DNA of 64,000 nucleotides from an uncultured Chloroflexia bacterium (GCA_963763775.1 CAVXPZ010000003.1:64001-128000), one strand, 5' to 3'. Positions 30,975 to 42,173 are shown, counted from the first letter of the stretch. Notes: generated from the sequence alone by a model not told the origin. Made by a program: numbers and translations.

Positions 30975-33900
30975 GGCGCCGCGCTTGGCGAGGCGATCGG
31001 CGACAGCCCGAGGCCGGGAGCCAGGGCATCGAGCCGGTCCAGCGCCGCCTGGACGAGCGCCATCTCGTCGCCGTAGGTCGCGAAGTCGCCGTTGCGGAGC
31101 GCGGCCTGGGCGATGTCGAAGTGCTGCTTGGCGTAGCGGATGAGCCCGACCACGTCTGCCGGCAGTGGCGCGACCGGCCCCGACGACGGCACCGGTGTCG
31201 GGGTCGGGCCCGGCGTCGGGCCGGGCCCGGGCGAGGTCCCCGGTGACGCGCTCGGCGTCGGTGTGCCGTTCGCCTCGGCCTTCAGGAGGAGGTCGACGGC
31301 CGTGCCCAGGGTCGGGGCCCACACCACGTTCCTCGGCGACGCGACGACGATCCGCTGGAACTCGGGGAACGACACGCCGGTGCGACTGGAGGTAGACCGG
31401 CTGGAGGTAGATGATCGAGTCGCCCAACGGCACCACGATGAGGTTGCCCCGGATCACCTTGCTTCCGGACTGGTTCCACAGCGAGATCTGCTGGCTGATG
31501 ATCGGGTCCTGGTCGATCCGCGCCTCGATCTGCGCCGGCCCGAAGACCGTCGAGTCCGCCGGGAAGCGGTAGGCCCGCGTCACGCCGTAGTTCGGGGCGT
31601 CGTTGCGCGCGGCCACCCAGGCGATCATGTTCGGACGGTTGACCGGCACCATCGGCTGGAGGAGGAGGAATTCGGAGCTGTCCTCGCCCGGCATGCGCAT
31701 CACGACGTAATACGCCTCGGACGGGAGGGTCTGCTCGCTCGTCTGCCCGGTGGGGACCGTCCAGAGATCGTCGTTTCGGAAGAACTGCTGCGCGTTCGTC
31801 ACGTGGTACCGGCCGAACATCCGGGTCTGCACGTTGAAGAGCTCCTCGGGCACGCGCAGGTGCGCCTGCAGGTCCGCGGGCATCGACGAGAGGGGCTCGA
31901 AGAGGGTCGGGAACACGCCCTGGTAGGCGCGGATGATCGGGTCGTCCGGGTCCGCGACGTAGAAGTGCATCGTCCCGTCGTACGCGTCCATCGTGATCTT
32001 GACGCTGTTCCGGATGTAGTCGATGTCGCCACCGCCCAGGCCGGTCGCGTCGAGGGTGCTCGGGTCGAACGCCTGGGCGTTCGGGAACCGGTCACTCGTC
32101 GTGTACGCGTCCTGGATGTAGACGAGACGACCGGACCCGTCGATGACGAGGTACGGGTCCTTGTCGAACTTGAGGAACGGCGCCACGCGCTCGAGCCGGT
32201 CGCTCAGCGCGCGATGGAAGAGCAGCTGGCTGCTGCCGGTGATCTGGTCGCTGATGAGCAGGTCCAGGTCGCGGAACCGGAGCGCGAACAGGAGCCGCTG
32301 GAGCGTCGTGTCGAGCTTGATGCCGGTGGTTCCGGTCCAGCTCGTCGCCGTCCCGACCTGGTCGCTGTCGCCGGTCGGGTAGTCGAACTCCGCCTGCTTG
32401 GCCCCGACCACGACGTAGTCGGTGTTGCGCTCGCCGAAGTAGATCCGTGGTTGCGTGATCGTCGGGGCGCCCGCGACCGATTGCGGTGGGAGGTTGCCGA
32501 TGAAGAGACGCGGCTGTCCCTCGTTGGTGACCTCGTTGACGGGCACCATCGCGAGACCGATCCCGTGCGTGTAGACGATGCGCTGGTTGACCCAGCCGCT
32601 GGCGCCCGGGTTCTGTTCGATGGCGAGCTCGCGACCCGACAGCATCACCTGCCGTTGCGTGCCGTCGATCTGGTAGCGATCGGTGTCGACGTCGGTGAAC
32701 TCGTAGTACTTGCGCACCGTCTGGAGCTGGTCGAGCGTGTTCTGGAGTGGCCGGTAGTCCCAGAGGCGGGCGTTGCGGAACGTGTCGGCGTCGTTGTCCA
32801 CCGCCGCCTGGGTCACCGGCGCATTGCCGTTGAACGGCCGCTCCTCCCAGTTGCCGATGTCGAAGGCGAGTCGCGTCATCGCGATGTTGTTCGAGATGTA
32901 GCGCTCTTCCTGGGCGAACTGGTTCGGCTCGACCGTGAAGCGCTGGATGGCCTCGGGGTAGAGGCGCCCGACCACGAGCGACGCGAGCAGCCAGACGCCG
33001 ATCGTGAGCCCGAGCGGCCAGATCATCCGCGTGAACGCCGCGGCGACGAGCAATGCTGCCGCGAGCCCCGAGATGACCGTCAGCAGGTCGAATGCGAAGA
33101 ACTGCGCGTTCTGGTCGGTGAAGCTGACGCCGGTGGCGAAGCCGCGTGTGCTGTAGACGAGCTCGTACTTGTCGAGCTGGTAGCCGAACGCGACCGAGAG
33201 GAGGAAGAGCGCGCCCAGGACCGCGAGATGGAGACGGACAGGCGTGGTGAAGGCGAGGCCGCTCCGTGAGGCGGCGACGAGATACCGAAGGAGCGCCAGG
33301 ATCAGCGCGACGATCACCAGCCCGTTGAAGAGGCCCTGGACCAGTCGGAGGAACGGCAGCTCGAAGAGGAAGAACGAGATGTCGCGCCCGAAGACCGGGT
33401 CCGTGACCGCCGGGGCGCCGTCCGGCGCGAACGGCACGCGATGGATCCACAGGAGCACGGTCTCCCACGACGAGGAGAGCGTGGCGGCCACGGCGACCGC
33501 CAGCAGCCCGGCCACCAGCGCCAGGGCCAACCCCGCGAGCGGCGTCAGGTCCGGGAGGTCGTCGGCCTCGAACGTGAAGGTCCGCTCGTCGCCGTACTGG
33601 CGGGCGGTCCCACCGCGAGCGCCTGCCGTGGCCTGCGCGGTCGCCTGCGCGGCGTCGTTGAATCGATCCACGAGCGACTGCAGGCCGCTCGGCCCCTCCC
33701 CCGGCGGCGGGCTCAGCCGACCGGCGACCCACAGGTCGCCGAGGAAGACGACCAGCGCGAGGATGAGGCCGACGGCGAACAGCGCCGTCTGGGCGACGAT
33801 GCGCGTCCAGAAGACGCTGTCGAACTGGACGCTCTTGAACCACAGCGCGTCGGTCCAGAGGTCGATCCCGACCGTGAACAGCAGGAGGAGCGCGATGCCC

Positions 33901-34208
33901 AGCGCGACGGCGATCCACAGGCCCACCCGCCGGCCCGGTCTGCCCTCCGCGCCGTCATCCGGCCCGCCGGGGCCGACGCGTCGGGGCGGACCGCCGCGGC
34001 CGCGCGAGCGCCTCGCCCGGGAGATCCGGATCGGTTCCTCCTGGGCGTCGGCGGCGTCGCCATCGCCATCGACGTCGGCGTCCGGCGAGTCGTCGTTCGC
34101 GGGTCGGTCATCGTCGTCCGACGTTGCTGTCGCGACCGTGGCGTCGCCCCGCCGGTCCGCGTCCCGCCGGCGCAGCTCGTCCATGAACGCATCCAACAGG
34201 TCCCGCAT
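30971..34208 (-). CDS. UPF0182 family membrane protein, frameshift near 31383
   Basis: LWFKSVQFDSVFWT, DPVFGRDISFFLF, NARLWD, YTHG, PRIYFGE, DPY, YIRNSVK, GPAQI, IRGNL, YLQPVYLQ; true C-terminus in the 30971..31375 frame. Confidence 0.93.
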
Positions 34209-34258
34209 CGTCGCGAGAGTCTAGCGGTCGCGACCGAAGTAGGCCGACGGCGACCCGT

Positions 34259-34717
34259 TCAGGGGCGGTGCAGGCCTTCGACCGCGCGGCGAAAGCCCGC
34301 GAGCACCGTCTCCGCGAGCTCCGTCTCGCGCATCGTGGCCGCGCGCGCCGGCTCGAACCGGAACGCGGCCCGCACGGCCAGCGGCGCCCGCCAGGGCCGC
34401 GTCGGATCGTCGGGCGGGGCGACCGCGCCGAGCCGAAGCTGGAGTCGTCCCGCATCCTCGAGGATCAGACCCGACAGGGCGCCGGCGACCGCCGGCCCCA
34501 GGCGCCCGAGCGGCGGATCCGGCGGCGGCCCAGCGGTCGGTGCGACGTCCCGGAAGCTGACGACCCCCTCGTCGTCGGCGACCCAGAGCACGGTCATCCA
34601 CCACCCGTCGGGACCGTCGGACGGACGCGACATCCCGGCGCGCAGGACCGTGGCGTCGATGCGGACCTCGTGTTCGCGAAGGAACGACGGGCCGGGGGGC
34701 GGGAGACGTTCTGGCAC
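34259..34717 (-). CDS. Hypothetical protein
   Basis: Protein-like composition (WWMTVLWVADDEG); TATCCT -10 lies 6 nt before GTG; co-oriented with neighbours. Confidence 0.6.
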   Translation of the reverse strand: MPERLPPPGPSFLREHEVRIDATVLRAGMSRPSDGPDGWWMTVLWVADDEGVVSFRDVAPTAGPPPDPPLGRLGPAVAGALSGLILEDAGRLQLRLGAVAPPDDPTRPWRAPLAVRAAFRFEPARAATMRETELAETVLAGFRRAVEGLHRP

Positions 34718-34766
34718 CGGGGCAGGATAGCCGCGGGACGCGATCGACCGGCCGAAGCCGGGCGCG

Positions 34767-35336
34767 TCAGGCGGGCTTGTCCGACTCGGCGGACTCGGCG
34801 GCCTCGGCAGGCGTCGGCGTCTCGGCGGACTCGTCAGCCGCCTCGGTGGCCTCGGCCGTGGCGGCCGCGTCGACGTCCGGCATGGCCGGCAGGTCGATGC
34901 CGGCTGCCTCGACGGCTTCGGCCAGCTCGGGCGGCACCTCGACGACGCGGCCCTCGGCGACCGCCTCAGCCATGATCGCCTCGTTCTCGGCCTGGAGGTT
35001 CGCGACCTCCGCTTCCAGTTCGAGGCGGAAGATCTCGCGCTTCACGGCGAGGTCGGGCGGCTCGAGCGCGTTGCCCTCGGCCTTGGTGAACAGATCGTCG
35101 TCGTCGCCGCCGGTCAGCCAGGACATCAGGCGGCTCTTGGGGCGGATCGCGGTCTGCTTGGCCCGGACGATCGCGCCGGCATCGATCGCGGTGAGGCCCG
35201 GCAGGGATTCCTCGACGCTGCCCTTCAGCGCGGCGCCGCACGACGGGCAGGTGGCGACGGTCGGGTCCGGCAGCGCCGCCGAGCACCACGGGCACACGGG
35301 GCTCGTCTCGACGTTCGCGGTCGTCTCGTCGGTCAT
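34767..35336 (-). CDS. Zinc-ribbon protein with acidic coiled-coil tail
   Basis: CPWC...CPSC; TAGCAT -10 lies 7 nt before ATG. Confidence 0.72.
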   Translation of the reverse strand: MTDETTANVETSPVCPWCSAALPDPTVATCPSCGAALKGSVEESLPGLTAIDAGAIVRAKQTAIRPKSRLMSWLTGGDDDDLFTKAEGNALEPPDLAVKREIFRLELEAEVANLQAENEAIMAEAVAEGRVVEVPPELAEAVEAAGIDLPAMPDVDAAATAEATEAADESAETPTPAEAAESAESDKPA

Positions 35337-35446
35337 GGCGCGAATGCTAGCGCGCCCGGTGACACGGGGAAGGACTTTCGGGTCACCTCGCGGTGCCTCC
35401 GGGCAACCGCGGGCGATGGGCGTGGGGGCCGGTACGCGCCGCCGGC

Positions 35447-37228
35447 CTACTCCCACTCGATCGTGGCCGGCGGCTTGGAGCTGATGTCGTACACGACGCG
35501 ATTGACGCCGGGGACCTCGTTGACGATCCGCGAGCTGATGCGCCCGAGGACGTCGTAGGGAAGTTTCGCCCAGTCGGCGGTCATCCCGTCCTCGCTCGTG
35601 ACCGCCCGGATCGCGACGACGTTCGCGTACGTCCGCCCGTCGCCCATGACCCCGACGCTGCGGACCGGCGTGAGGATCGCGAAGCTCTGCCACAGGCTCC
35701 GGTACAGCCCGGCGCCCTTGATCTCGTCGATGACGATCCAGTCCGCCTCTCGCAGGGTGTCGAGCCGCTCGGCGGTGACCTCGCCGATGATCCGGATCGC
35801 GAGGCCAGGTCCCGGGAAGGGCTGACGGAGCACCATCGCCTCGGGCAGACCGAGCTCGAGGCCCACCTTGCGGACTTCGTCCTTGAACAGGTAGCGCAGC
35901 GGCTCGATGAGCTGGAACCGCAGGTCCGCCGGGAGCCCGCCGACGTTGTGGTGGGTCTTGATCTTCTGGGCGGTCTTCGTCTCGGATGTCGCCGATTCGA
36001 TGACATCGGGGTAGAGCGTGCCCTGGGTCAGGAAGTCGATCCGGCCGAGCTCGGCGGCCTCCTCCTCGAACACCCGGATGAACTCGTCGCCGATGATCCG
36101 CCGCTTCTCCTCGGGGTCCTCCACGCCGGCCAGGCGGGCGAGGAACCGCTCACGGGCGTCGACCATCACGAGGTTCATGCCGAGGTCGCGCTCGAAGGTG
36201 ACCCGGAGCAGCTCCAATTCCTTCTTGCGCATCAGCCCGTGGTCGACGTAGATACAGGTGAGCCGGTCGCCGACGGCCCGATGGACCAGCGCGGCCGCGA
36301 CCGCGGAATCGACGCCGCCCGAGAGCGCACAGATCACCAGGCCGTCAGAGCCGCTGGCCCGGGCATGCGCATCGACCCGGTCGCGGATCCCGGTCACGGT
36401 CGTATCGATGAAGTTCGCCGCGGTCCAGGACGGTGCGATCCCGGCGATCCCGGTGACGAAGTTGCGCAGGACGTCGCGGCCGCGCGGGGTGTGGACGACC
36501 TCCGGATGGAACTGGATCCCGTACAGGTTGCGGTCGGGAGCGGCGAGCCCCGCGTACGGCGTCGAGTCGCTCTGCGCGGTGGCGTGGAAGCCCTCGGGCA
36601 GCCGCGTGATCGAGTCGCCATGGCTCATCCAGACCGGCTGGTCGCGGTCGATGCCCGCGAACAGGCCGTCATCCGAGGTGATCGTGACATTGGCTGGGCC
36701 GTACTCGCGATGCGACGTCGGGAGGACATCGCCACCGAGCTCCAGCGCCATCATCTGCGCGCCGTAGCAGATCCCCAGGACCGGCAGTCGGCCGCTCCAG
36801 ATCGAGGGGTCCGGGCGAGGGGCGTCGGCGTCGTAGACCGACATCGGCCCGCCGGAGAGGATGATCGCCCGCGCGCCGCGCCGCTCCAGTTCCTCGATGG
36901 TCGTGTCGTGCGGCAACAGCTCCGAGTAGACGTCCAGCTCGCGGACACGGCGCGCGATGAGCTGGGCGAACTGGCTGCCGAAGTCGAGGACGGCGACCGT
37001 GCCCGGCGCCGTCTCGGTGGCACCGCTTGGCCGGTCGTCGGCCGACCGGTCGGGCGCCGGCGCCTTCAGCGCGGCTTCGAGGTACGCCTCGACCTCTGCG
37101 TCATCCGGGGCCAGGACCCGGTGCCCCGAGTTGGCCTCCTCGCCGTGGACCGTCTTGCCCCGTTGTCTCGGCTCGTCGGCCGCCCGCCCGGCCGCCGGAC
37201 TCGCCGTCTCCTCGGTCGCCTCCGCCAT
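35447..37228 (-). CDS. guaA: GMP synthase (glutamine-hydrolysing)
   Basis: [68 protein letters not shown]. Confidence 0.98.
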   Translation of the reverse strand: MAEATEETASPAAGRAADEPRQRGKTVHGEEANSGHRVLAPDDAEVEAYLEAALKAPAPDRSADDRPSGATETAPGTVAVLDFGSQFAQLIARRVRELDVYSELLPHDTTIEELERRGARAIILSGGPMSVYDADAPRPDPSIWSGRLPVLGICYGAQMMALELGGDVLPTSHREYGPANVTITSDDGLFAGIDRDQPVWMSHGDSITRLPEGFHATAQSDSTPYAGLAAPDRNLYGIQFHPEVVHTPRGRDVLRNFVTGIAGIAPSWTAANFIDTTVTGIRDRVDAHARASGSDGLVICALSGGVDSAVAAALVHRAVGDRLTCIYVDHGLMRKKELELLRVTFERDLGMNLVMVDARERFLARLAGVEDPEEKRRIIGDEFIRVFEEEAAELGRIDFLTQGTLYPDVIESATSETKTAQKIKTHHNVGGLPADLRFQLIEPLRYLFKDEVRKVGLELGLPEAMVLRQPFPGPGLAIRIIGEVTAERLDTLREADWIVIDEIKGAGLYRSLWQSFAILTPVRSVGVMGDGRTYANVVAIRAVTSEDGMTADWAKLPYDVLGRISSRIVNEVPGVNRVVYDISSKPPATIEWE

Positions 37229-37291
37229 CGTCGATCCCCGCCCTCCGCTGTAGGTCACCCGCCTGTCGCCAGTGTACCCGGGCCGGGAGGC

Positions 37292-37681
37292 TCACTCGCG
37301 GTTGCGCATCGCCTCGGCGGCCATGTCGAAGTAGCGCTCCAGCTCCGCGGCGACATCCGCCGGCGGCGACAGGGACTCGACCGCAGCGCGCATGTGGACG
37401 AGCCATCGGTCGCGCTCGCCGGGACCGATGGCGAACGGGGCGTGGCGCATCCGAAGACGCGGATGACCGCGTTCCTGGTCGTACGTCGTCGGCCCGCCCC
37501 AGTACTGCGCGAGGAACAGGGTCAGGCGGTGCCGCGCGCCGGCGAGATCCGGTTCCGGATAGAGCGGGCGGAGGACCGGGTCATCGCCGACCGCGTCGTA
37601 GAACCGTCCGACCAGGGCCTCGAAGAACGCCATGCCGCCAGCCCGCGAGTACAGGCTGACGGCGGGCTGGATGTCGGTCAC
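37292..37681 (-). CDS. Group II truncated hemoglobin (GlbO-like)
   Basis: RFYDAVGDDPVLRPLYP, FLAQYWGGP, RGHPRLRMRH, RDRWLVHM. Confidence 0.93.
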   Translation of the reverse strand: MTDIQPAVSLYSRAGGMAFFEALVGRFYDAVGDDPVLRPLYPEPDLAGARHRLTLFLAQYWGGPTTYDQERGHPRLRMRHAPFAIGPGERDRWLVHMRAAVESLSPPADVAAELERYFDMAAEAMRNRE

Positions 37682-37754
37682 GTCCCCGAGTCTATCGAGC
37701 CGGATGCGGTCGGGTCGTCTGCTCGACGGGCCGTGGGCCGAGGGCTGTGATGGA

Positions 37755-38249
37755 TCAGCCGGCGTGGGCGAGGATCCTCGTGCTCGGCGACGAGCCGCCG
37801 ACCACCGGCCGGGCCGGCGGGAAGCCGCGGAAGGCGAACCGCGCGGCCACCAGCCACGTCCCGGCCATCCAGATCGCGAGGCCGACCCCTTCAGCTCGTG
37901 CCTGGCCGGCCGGCAGGGCGCTCGTCGACCCGAACGGGTCGAGCCCGGTCACGGTCACGAGCACGACATACGCCGCGGCGCCGACACCGATCGCGGCGAG
38001 GTAGCCGACGAGCCGGGCGCTCCACGGTCGGGCCCGGAGCAGCCCGCCCACGGCGACCAGGTGCGCGATCCCGAACGCGATCGTGAGGATCACGACCCAG
38101 GACCGGATGGTCGGGTCGACCGCCGCGGACCCGGCCGGGGCGAGTGCGGCGGTCACGGCCACGACGCCGGCCAGGCCGGTGACGATGGCGGCGAACCCGC
38201 GGGTGCCGCGGCGACGGGTGATCGGGTCGTAGGAGCGGTTGCTGGACAT
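37755..38249 (-). CDS. Hypothetical 4-TM membrane protein (paralog A)
   Basis: GGAGG RBS; 164 aa; LVA...RPW and G-x-DPF motifs shared with the neighbour. Confidence 0.75.
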   Translation of the reverse strand: MSSNRSYDPITRRRGTRGFAAIVTGLAGVVAVTAALAPAGSAAVDPTIRSWVVILTIAFGIAHLVAVGGLLRARPWSARLVGYLAAIGVGAAAYVVLVTVTGLDPFGSTSALPAGQARAEGVGLAIWMAGTWLVAARFAFRGFPPARPVVGGSSPSTRILAHAG

Positions 38250-38287
38250 GGCGTCGGCCTCCGTGGGCTGGTCTGCTGGCAGGTCGG

Positions 38288-38782
38288 TCAGGCGGCCGCC
38301 GGGAGCGACCGGCGCTCCGGCATGGGCGAGCCCTCCTCGGCCTCGCCCGCGATGGCGAGCGCGACGAGGACGGCGCCGTAGAAGGCGATGGCCGCGGCGA
38401 TGATGCCCAGCCCGTCGCCAGCCGCGGCGATGGTGGAGCGCGACGAGAACGGGTCATGGCCGAGCGCCACCAGGACGAACGCGAACGAGCCGAACGACAC
38501 CGCGACCGTGGCGAGCGCCGTGGCGATCCTGTCCGCCCACGGCCGACCGAAGGTCAGGGCCAGGGCCGCGACGAGGTTGACAGCGGCGAAGGCCGCGACG
38601 AACGGCATGATCGGCACGAGGTCGTCAAGCAGCGCCACGTCGGATGGGCGGACGTGGACACCCGGCAGACCGGTGGCGATGACGGCCTTCGCGACGACGA
38701 TGGCGAAGGCCATGACGGCGATGGTGGTGCCGCTGATGGCGAGCAGCGCGGCGGCGGTGAGGCGGGGGATCGAGCGAGACAT
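38288..38782 (-). CDS. Hypothetical 4-TM membrane protein (paralog B)
   Basis: GGAG RBS, ATG at 38782; 164 aa; NLVAALALTFGRPWADRI, LGHDPF. Confidence 0.75.
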   Translation of the reverse strand: MSRSIPRLTAAALLAISGTTIAVMAFAIVVAKAVIATGLPGVHVRPSDVALLDDLVPIMPFVAAFAAVNLVAALALTFGRPWADRIATALATVAVSFGSFAFVLVALGHDPFSSRSTIAAAGDGLGIIAAAIAFYGAVLVALAIAGEAEEGSPMPERRSLPAAA

Positions 38783-38819
38783 CGGGGACTCCGTGAGGCG
38801 GTGCGGGCAGTGGGCCGGC

Positions 38820-39065
38820 TTAGGCGAGCTCGTCCTCGACCGGGTCGGCGACGGCGGATGGCAGCCGCCAGGCGGGGTCGGGAGCGATGCTGCGGTCGGC
38901 CGTCTCACCGCGCCGGCGAGCGACGTCGGCGAAGAAGGCGGCACGACGATGCGAGACGATGCGAGCGTCCTTGCAGGGGCAGCCCGGGACGAGGCAGGCG
39001 CCGGTCCGGGTCGGCTCGGCGAGCGCGATCGCCTCGGTGGGGAGGCTCTGTTGTGGGTGGAACAC
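38820..39065 (-). CDS. Small hypothetical protein (81 aa) with C-x4-C-x-C motif
   Basis: Strong GGAAGGAAGGAG RBS before GTG at 39065; sequence includes CLVPGCPCKDARIVSHRRAAFF. Confidence 0.65.
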   Translation of the reverse strand: MFHPQQSLPTEAIALAEPTRTGACLVPGCPCKDARIVSHRRAAFFADVARRRGETADRSIAPDPAWRLPSAVADPVEDELA

Positions 39066-39198
39066 GGCGTCTGACTCCTTCCTTCCGAACCTCGTCATGC
39101 GGTTCGATGGGAGGAGGATGGGCGTCGGTCCGGGTCGCCGGCATGGTCGCCCGCCTCGAAGGCTGATGGACGGATGACGAGGACCGGACCGGCGAGCG

Positions 39199-39657
39199 TC
39201 AGTCCGTCGTGGCGGCCCCCACCCGCCGCCGGAACGCCTCGAGGTCCAGTCGCGCGGCTCGCTCCACCTGCGGCTTGGCCATCGATTCGAACATCCGGTA
39301 CTTGAGGGGCAGCGCGATCCGGAGGTGCCAGCGCAGGGTCGTGCCGGCCGGGGCGGCCGCCAGGCGCGCATCGATCCCGACCGAGATCCCGTCCGCGTCG
39401 CGGCCGGCGACCGCGAACCGGGTCCCGGGCTCGATCTCCGTGACCTTGGCCTCGAGCGTGGCCGAGCGCCCCGCCACGCGCTGGTCGATCCGAAGCGCCG
39501 AGTCGCGGACCAGGGCCGCATCGGCGTCGACCCGCTGCACGCGCACGATCCCGCTGGCGATGAGCCATTCCGGCCAGCGTTCGACGTCCGCGATGGCGGC
39601 GTACACCTCGGCGGGCGGCCGCGCGATCTCGACCTCGACGTCGAGGTCGATCGCCAT
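39199..39657 (-). CDS. SRPBCC (START/polyketide cyclase-like) family protein
   Basis: VEIARPPAEVYAAIADVERWPEW, VTEIEPG, C-terminal helix DLEAFRRRV. Confidence 0.85.
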   Translation of the reverse strand: MAIDLDVEVEIARPPAEVYAAIADVERWPEWLIASGIVRVQRVDADAALVRDSALRIDQRVAGRSATLEAKVTEIEPGTRFAVAGRDADGISVGIDARLAAAPAGTTLRWHLRIALPLKYRMFESMAKPQVERAARLDLEAFRRRVGAATTD

Positions 39658-39998
39658 CAGGCGGCCACGATGCGTCGCAGCCGGAAGGACGGCCCGCGCC
39701 CCAGGGATTCGGCCGGGGTCCCGTAGCGCAGGATCAGGGCGCGGATGGCCCGGACATGATCGTCGCGATCAAGCGGCTCCGCGACCGCCGCGAACCGCTG
39801 CTCGCCGACGGTGACGCGACAGGCCGGCTCGGCCAGGAGGTTCAACGCCCACGCCGTGTCGGCCGACCGTGCGGCCACCAGCAGGCTGCCGTCGGCCTCG
39901 CGGACGTAGCCGACGGTCACGGGTCGGGGCACGCCGGACGACCGGCCCGTGGCCTCGATCCGCACGTAGCCGCCCCCGGCGACGAGATCGGCATCCAT
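39657..39998 (-). CDS. Deazaflavin (F420)-dependent nitroreductase family protein
   Basis: TGRSSGVPR, WALNLLAEP..RVTVG, terminal FRL. Confidence 0.8.
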   Translation of the reverse strand: MDADLVAGGGYVRIEATGRSSGVPRPVTVGYVREADGSLLVAARSADTAWALNLLAEPACRVTVGEQRFAAVAEPLDRDDHVRAIRALILRYGTPAESLGRGPSFRLRRIVAA

Positions 39999-40012
39999 CA
40001 CGGCTGGCGCCG

Positions 40013-42145
40013 TCAAGCGGCCGCCTTCTGGTCGACCTTCTTGCCTCGGAAGGTCCCCGTCACGTGCGTGCGGCCATCGGCATCTCGCGTGTAGTGGAGC
40101 GTGTCGCTCCCGATCGTCACGTCGAGCGCGAACGTGCCAGCGTCGTCGTTGATCTCCCCGGTGCCGGTGACCGCCAGGTTCGGCGTGAACTCGCAGGCGT
40201 TCAGGCCGATCGTCGTGCCGGCGCTCGACGGCGTCAGCGTCATCGCCCCGCCGTAGTCGCAACCGGCCGCGATCGGCGTCTTGTCGAGGCGATAGGCGTA
40301 GTCGTCACTGTTGATGATCTGGTCGTCGATCGACCGCATCAGGGCGAGGGCGGTCCGGTAGTCGGTCGCGGCGAGCGCCGCGTTCCGCACGTACGTGTCC
40401 GCCACCTCGCCGACGCACGTCGTCACGCGGGCGGCGGGCGGCGTCCCGTCGGCGATGAGCGCGGTCATCTGGTCGTCCGGGCACGCGTTCCCCCAGGCGA
40501 AGATGACATGCGGGCCGCCGACGTCCTGGAAGAAGTACGCATCGTTCAGCCGGCTGAAGATCCGCATCCCGTTCGAGATCGGCGTCGCGGGGTCGGTCGT
40601 CGACGTGAGCACGACGACGGGGTACGGCGTGTCGGTCAGCGGCGCCGGACGGTCGTTCGTCGTCGGGGTGCTCGGCCAATAGAGGCAGGGCAGGTCGCCG
40701 TAGTAGGAGGTCGCGAGCCGCAGGTCGTTGACCCCGGCCTTCGCGGCACCGTCGATCCAGGCACTGAGCCTCGCATCGGCACTCGCCGGTCGTTGGGTAG
40801 AAGGCGTAGTCCTGGCACTCGACGGCGTAGTAGACCGCGTCCGACCAGGTCGGGTCCGGGACCGGCTGGAGCGTGTCCGGGTCGACGCTGAGGCTGTCGT
40901 AATAGAGCTTGGCGAGCGGCACGAAGTCGTCGTGCGACGCGGCCGCGATCGCGCGCTCGAGCAGGGCGCGCGCGCCGCGGCTGTAGAGGTAGTAGAAGCT
41001 GCCGTACTCGAGCGCGCTCTCCGTGAGCTGGCGCGGCTGGGTCGTGCCGTCCCCCATCGGATAGTCGAACGTGATCGGACCGCTCTGCGAGCCGCGCGGC
41101 CAGCGCGTCGTAGACGGCCAGGGCGTCACCGCCGCGGACGTCGCCCTTGCAGGTGGCCTCGGCCGTACACGCATCGAGCGTCGCGACGAGCGTGTCGGTC
41201 GCGCTCCGCGCGGCCTCGGTGTAGTACGTAGGCCCATCGACGGTGAGGTCGACCGCGCCGTCGAGATAGAGCGTCTGGATCCGGTCGGGATGGGCGGCCG
41301 CATAGGTCTGCACGTACTGCGTGCCGTAGCTCTCCCCGTAGAGCTCCAGCTTGTCAGCGCCCAGGTAGTCGCGGACGGCCTCGAGATCCTCGACCGCCTG
41401 CTTCGTGGCGTAGTAGGGCAGGTCGGCCGGCGCCACGCCGGACTCGGTGACGCAGTCCGTGGCGAACGTCTGGGCGTCCTTGGCGGCCTGGTCGCGCTCG
41501 GCGGGGACCTGCGGGCGGTAGGCCGACTGGTAGAACGCGGCCGCGGCCTTGACGCACTGGATCGGCTCGGACTGGCCCGTGCCGCGCTGGTCCATGAACA
41601 CGATGTCGTAGGCGTCGGTGATCGACTGCGCGTAGTAGCTCGTGTAGTCGTCCGCCGAGGCGATCCCGCGAGTAGCCCGGCCCGCCGGTGATGACGACGA
41701 ACGTGCCCTTCTTCTCCTTCGCGGCGCGCTTCACCGCGAATGTGACATCGACGGTGTCGCCGCCGGGGGCCGCGAAGTGGTCCTTCGGGACGCTCAGGGT
41801 GATGCACTCGAAGGCGCTGCCGTCCGGGCAGGGCTTCGTCCCGACGAACGTGTACGCCGTGTTCGTCGCGCCCGGGGAGGCGACCGGGCCCGAGGACGAC
41901 CCCGGCGACGCCGACGGAGCTGCCGAACCGGTGGCCGCCGATGCGGCGGGCGAGGCCGCCGCCGATGCCGAGGCGTCCGCCGATGCTGCCGCCGACGGCG
42001 CGCTGGAGGCACTCGCGGACGGCGAGCCGCTCGGCGGGATGCTCGTCGTGTAGGTCCACTTCGGTCCGGTGGTCCCGCACGCGGCGACGAGCACGGCGAG
42101 AAGGACCGCGGGGACGGCGAGGCGAAGCGGGTGACGTGACGTCAT
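40013..42145 (-). CDS. Lipoprotein alpha/beta hydrolase (TAP-like peptidase), frameshifts near 41668, 41087 and 40790
   Basis: Lipobox VAAC; CITLSVPKDH, TGGPG, DQRGTGQS, nucleophile YGESYGT, DGAVD, DPATP, GPH in successive frames. Confidence 0.8.
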
Positions 42146-42173
42146 CGCGGCGACCGGACCTCGTGCAGGAGAC

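Noticed and set aside
29982-34208. 1408-aa UPF0182 fused to an extra membrane domain
   Set aside because: One extra base near 31383 skips the real stop at 30971; the downstream gene has its own overlapping GTG.
39109-39177. Plus-strand GGAGGAGG followed by ATG as a small antisense ORF
   Set aside because: The ATG abuts the SD-like tract with no spacer; the tract is better explained as an anti-SD on the minus-strand transcript.
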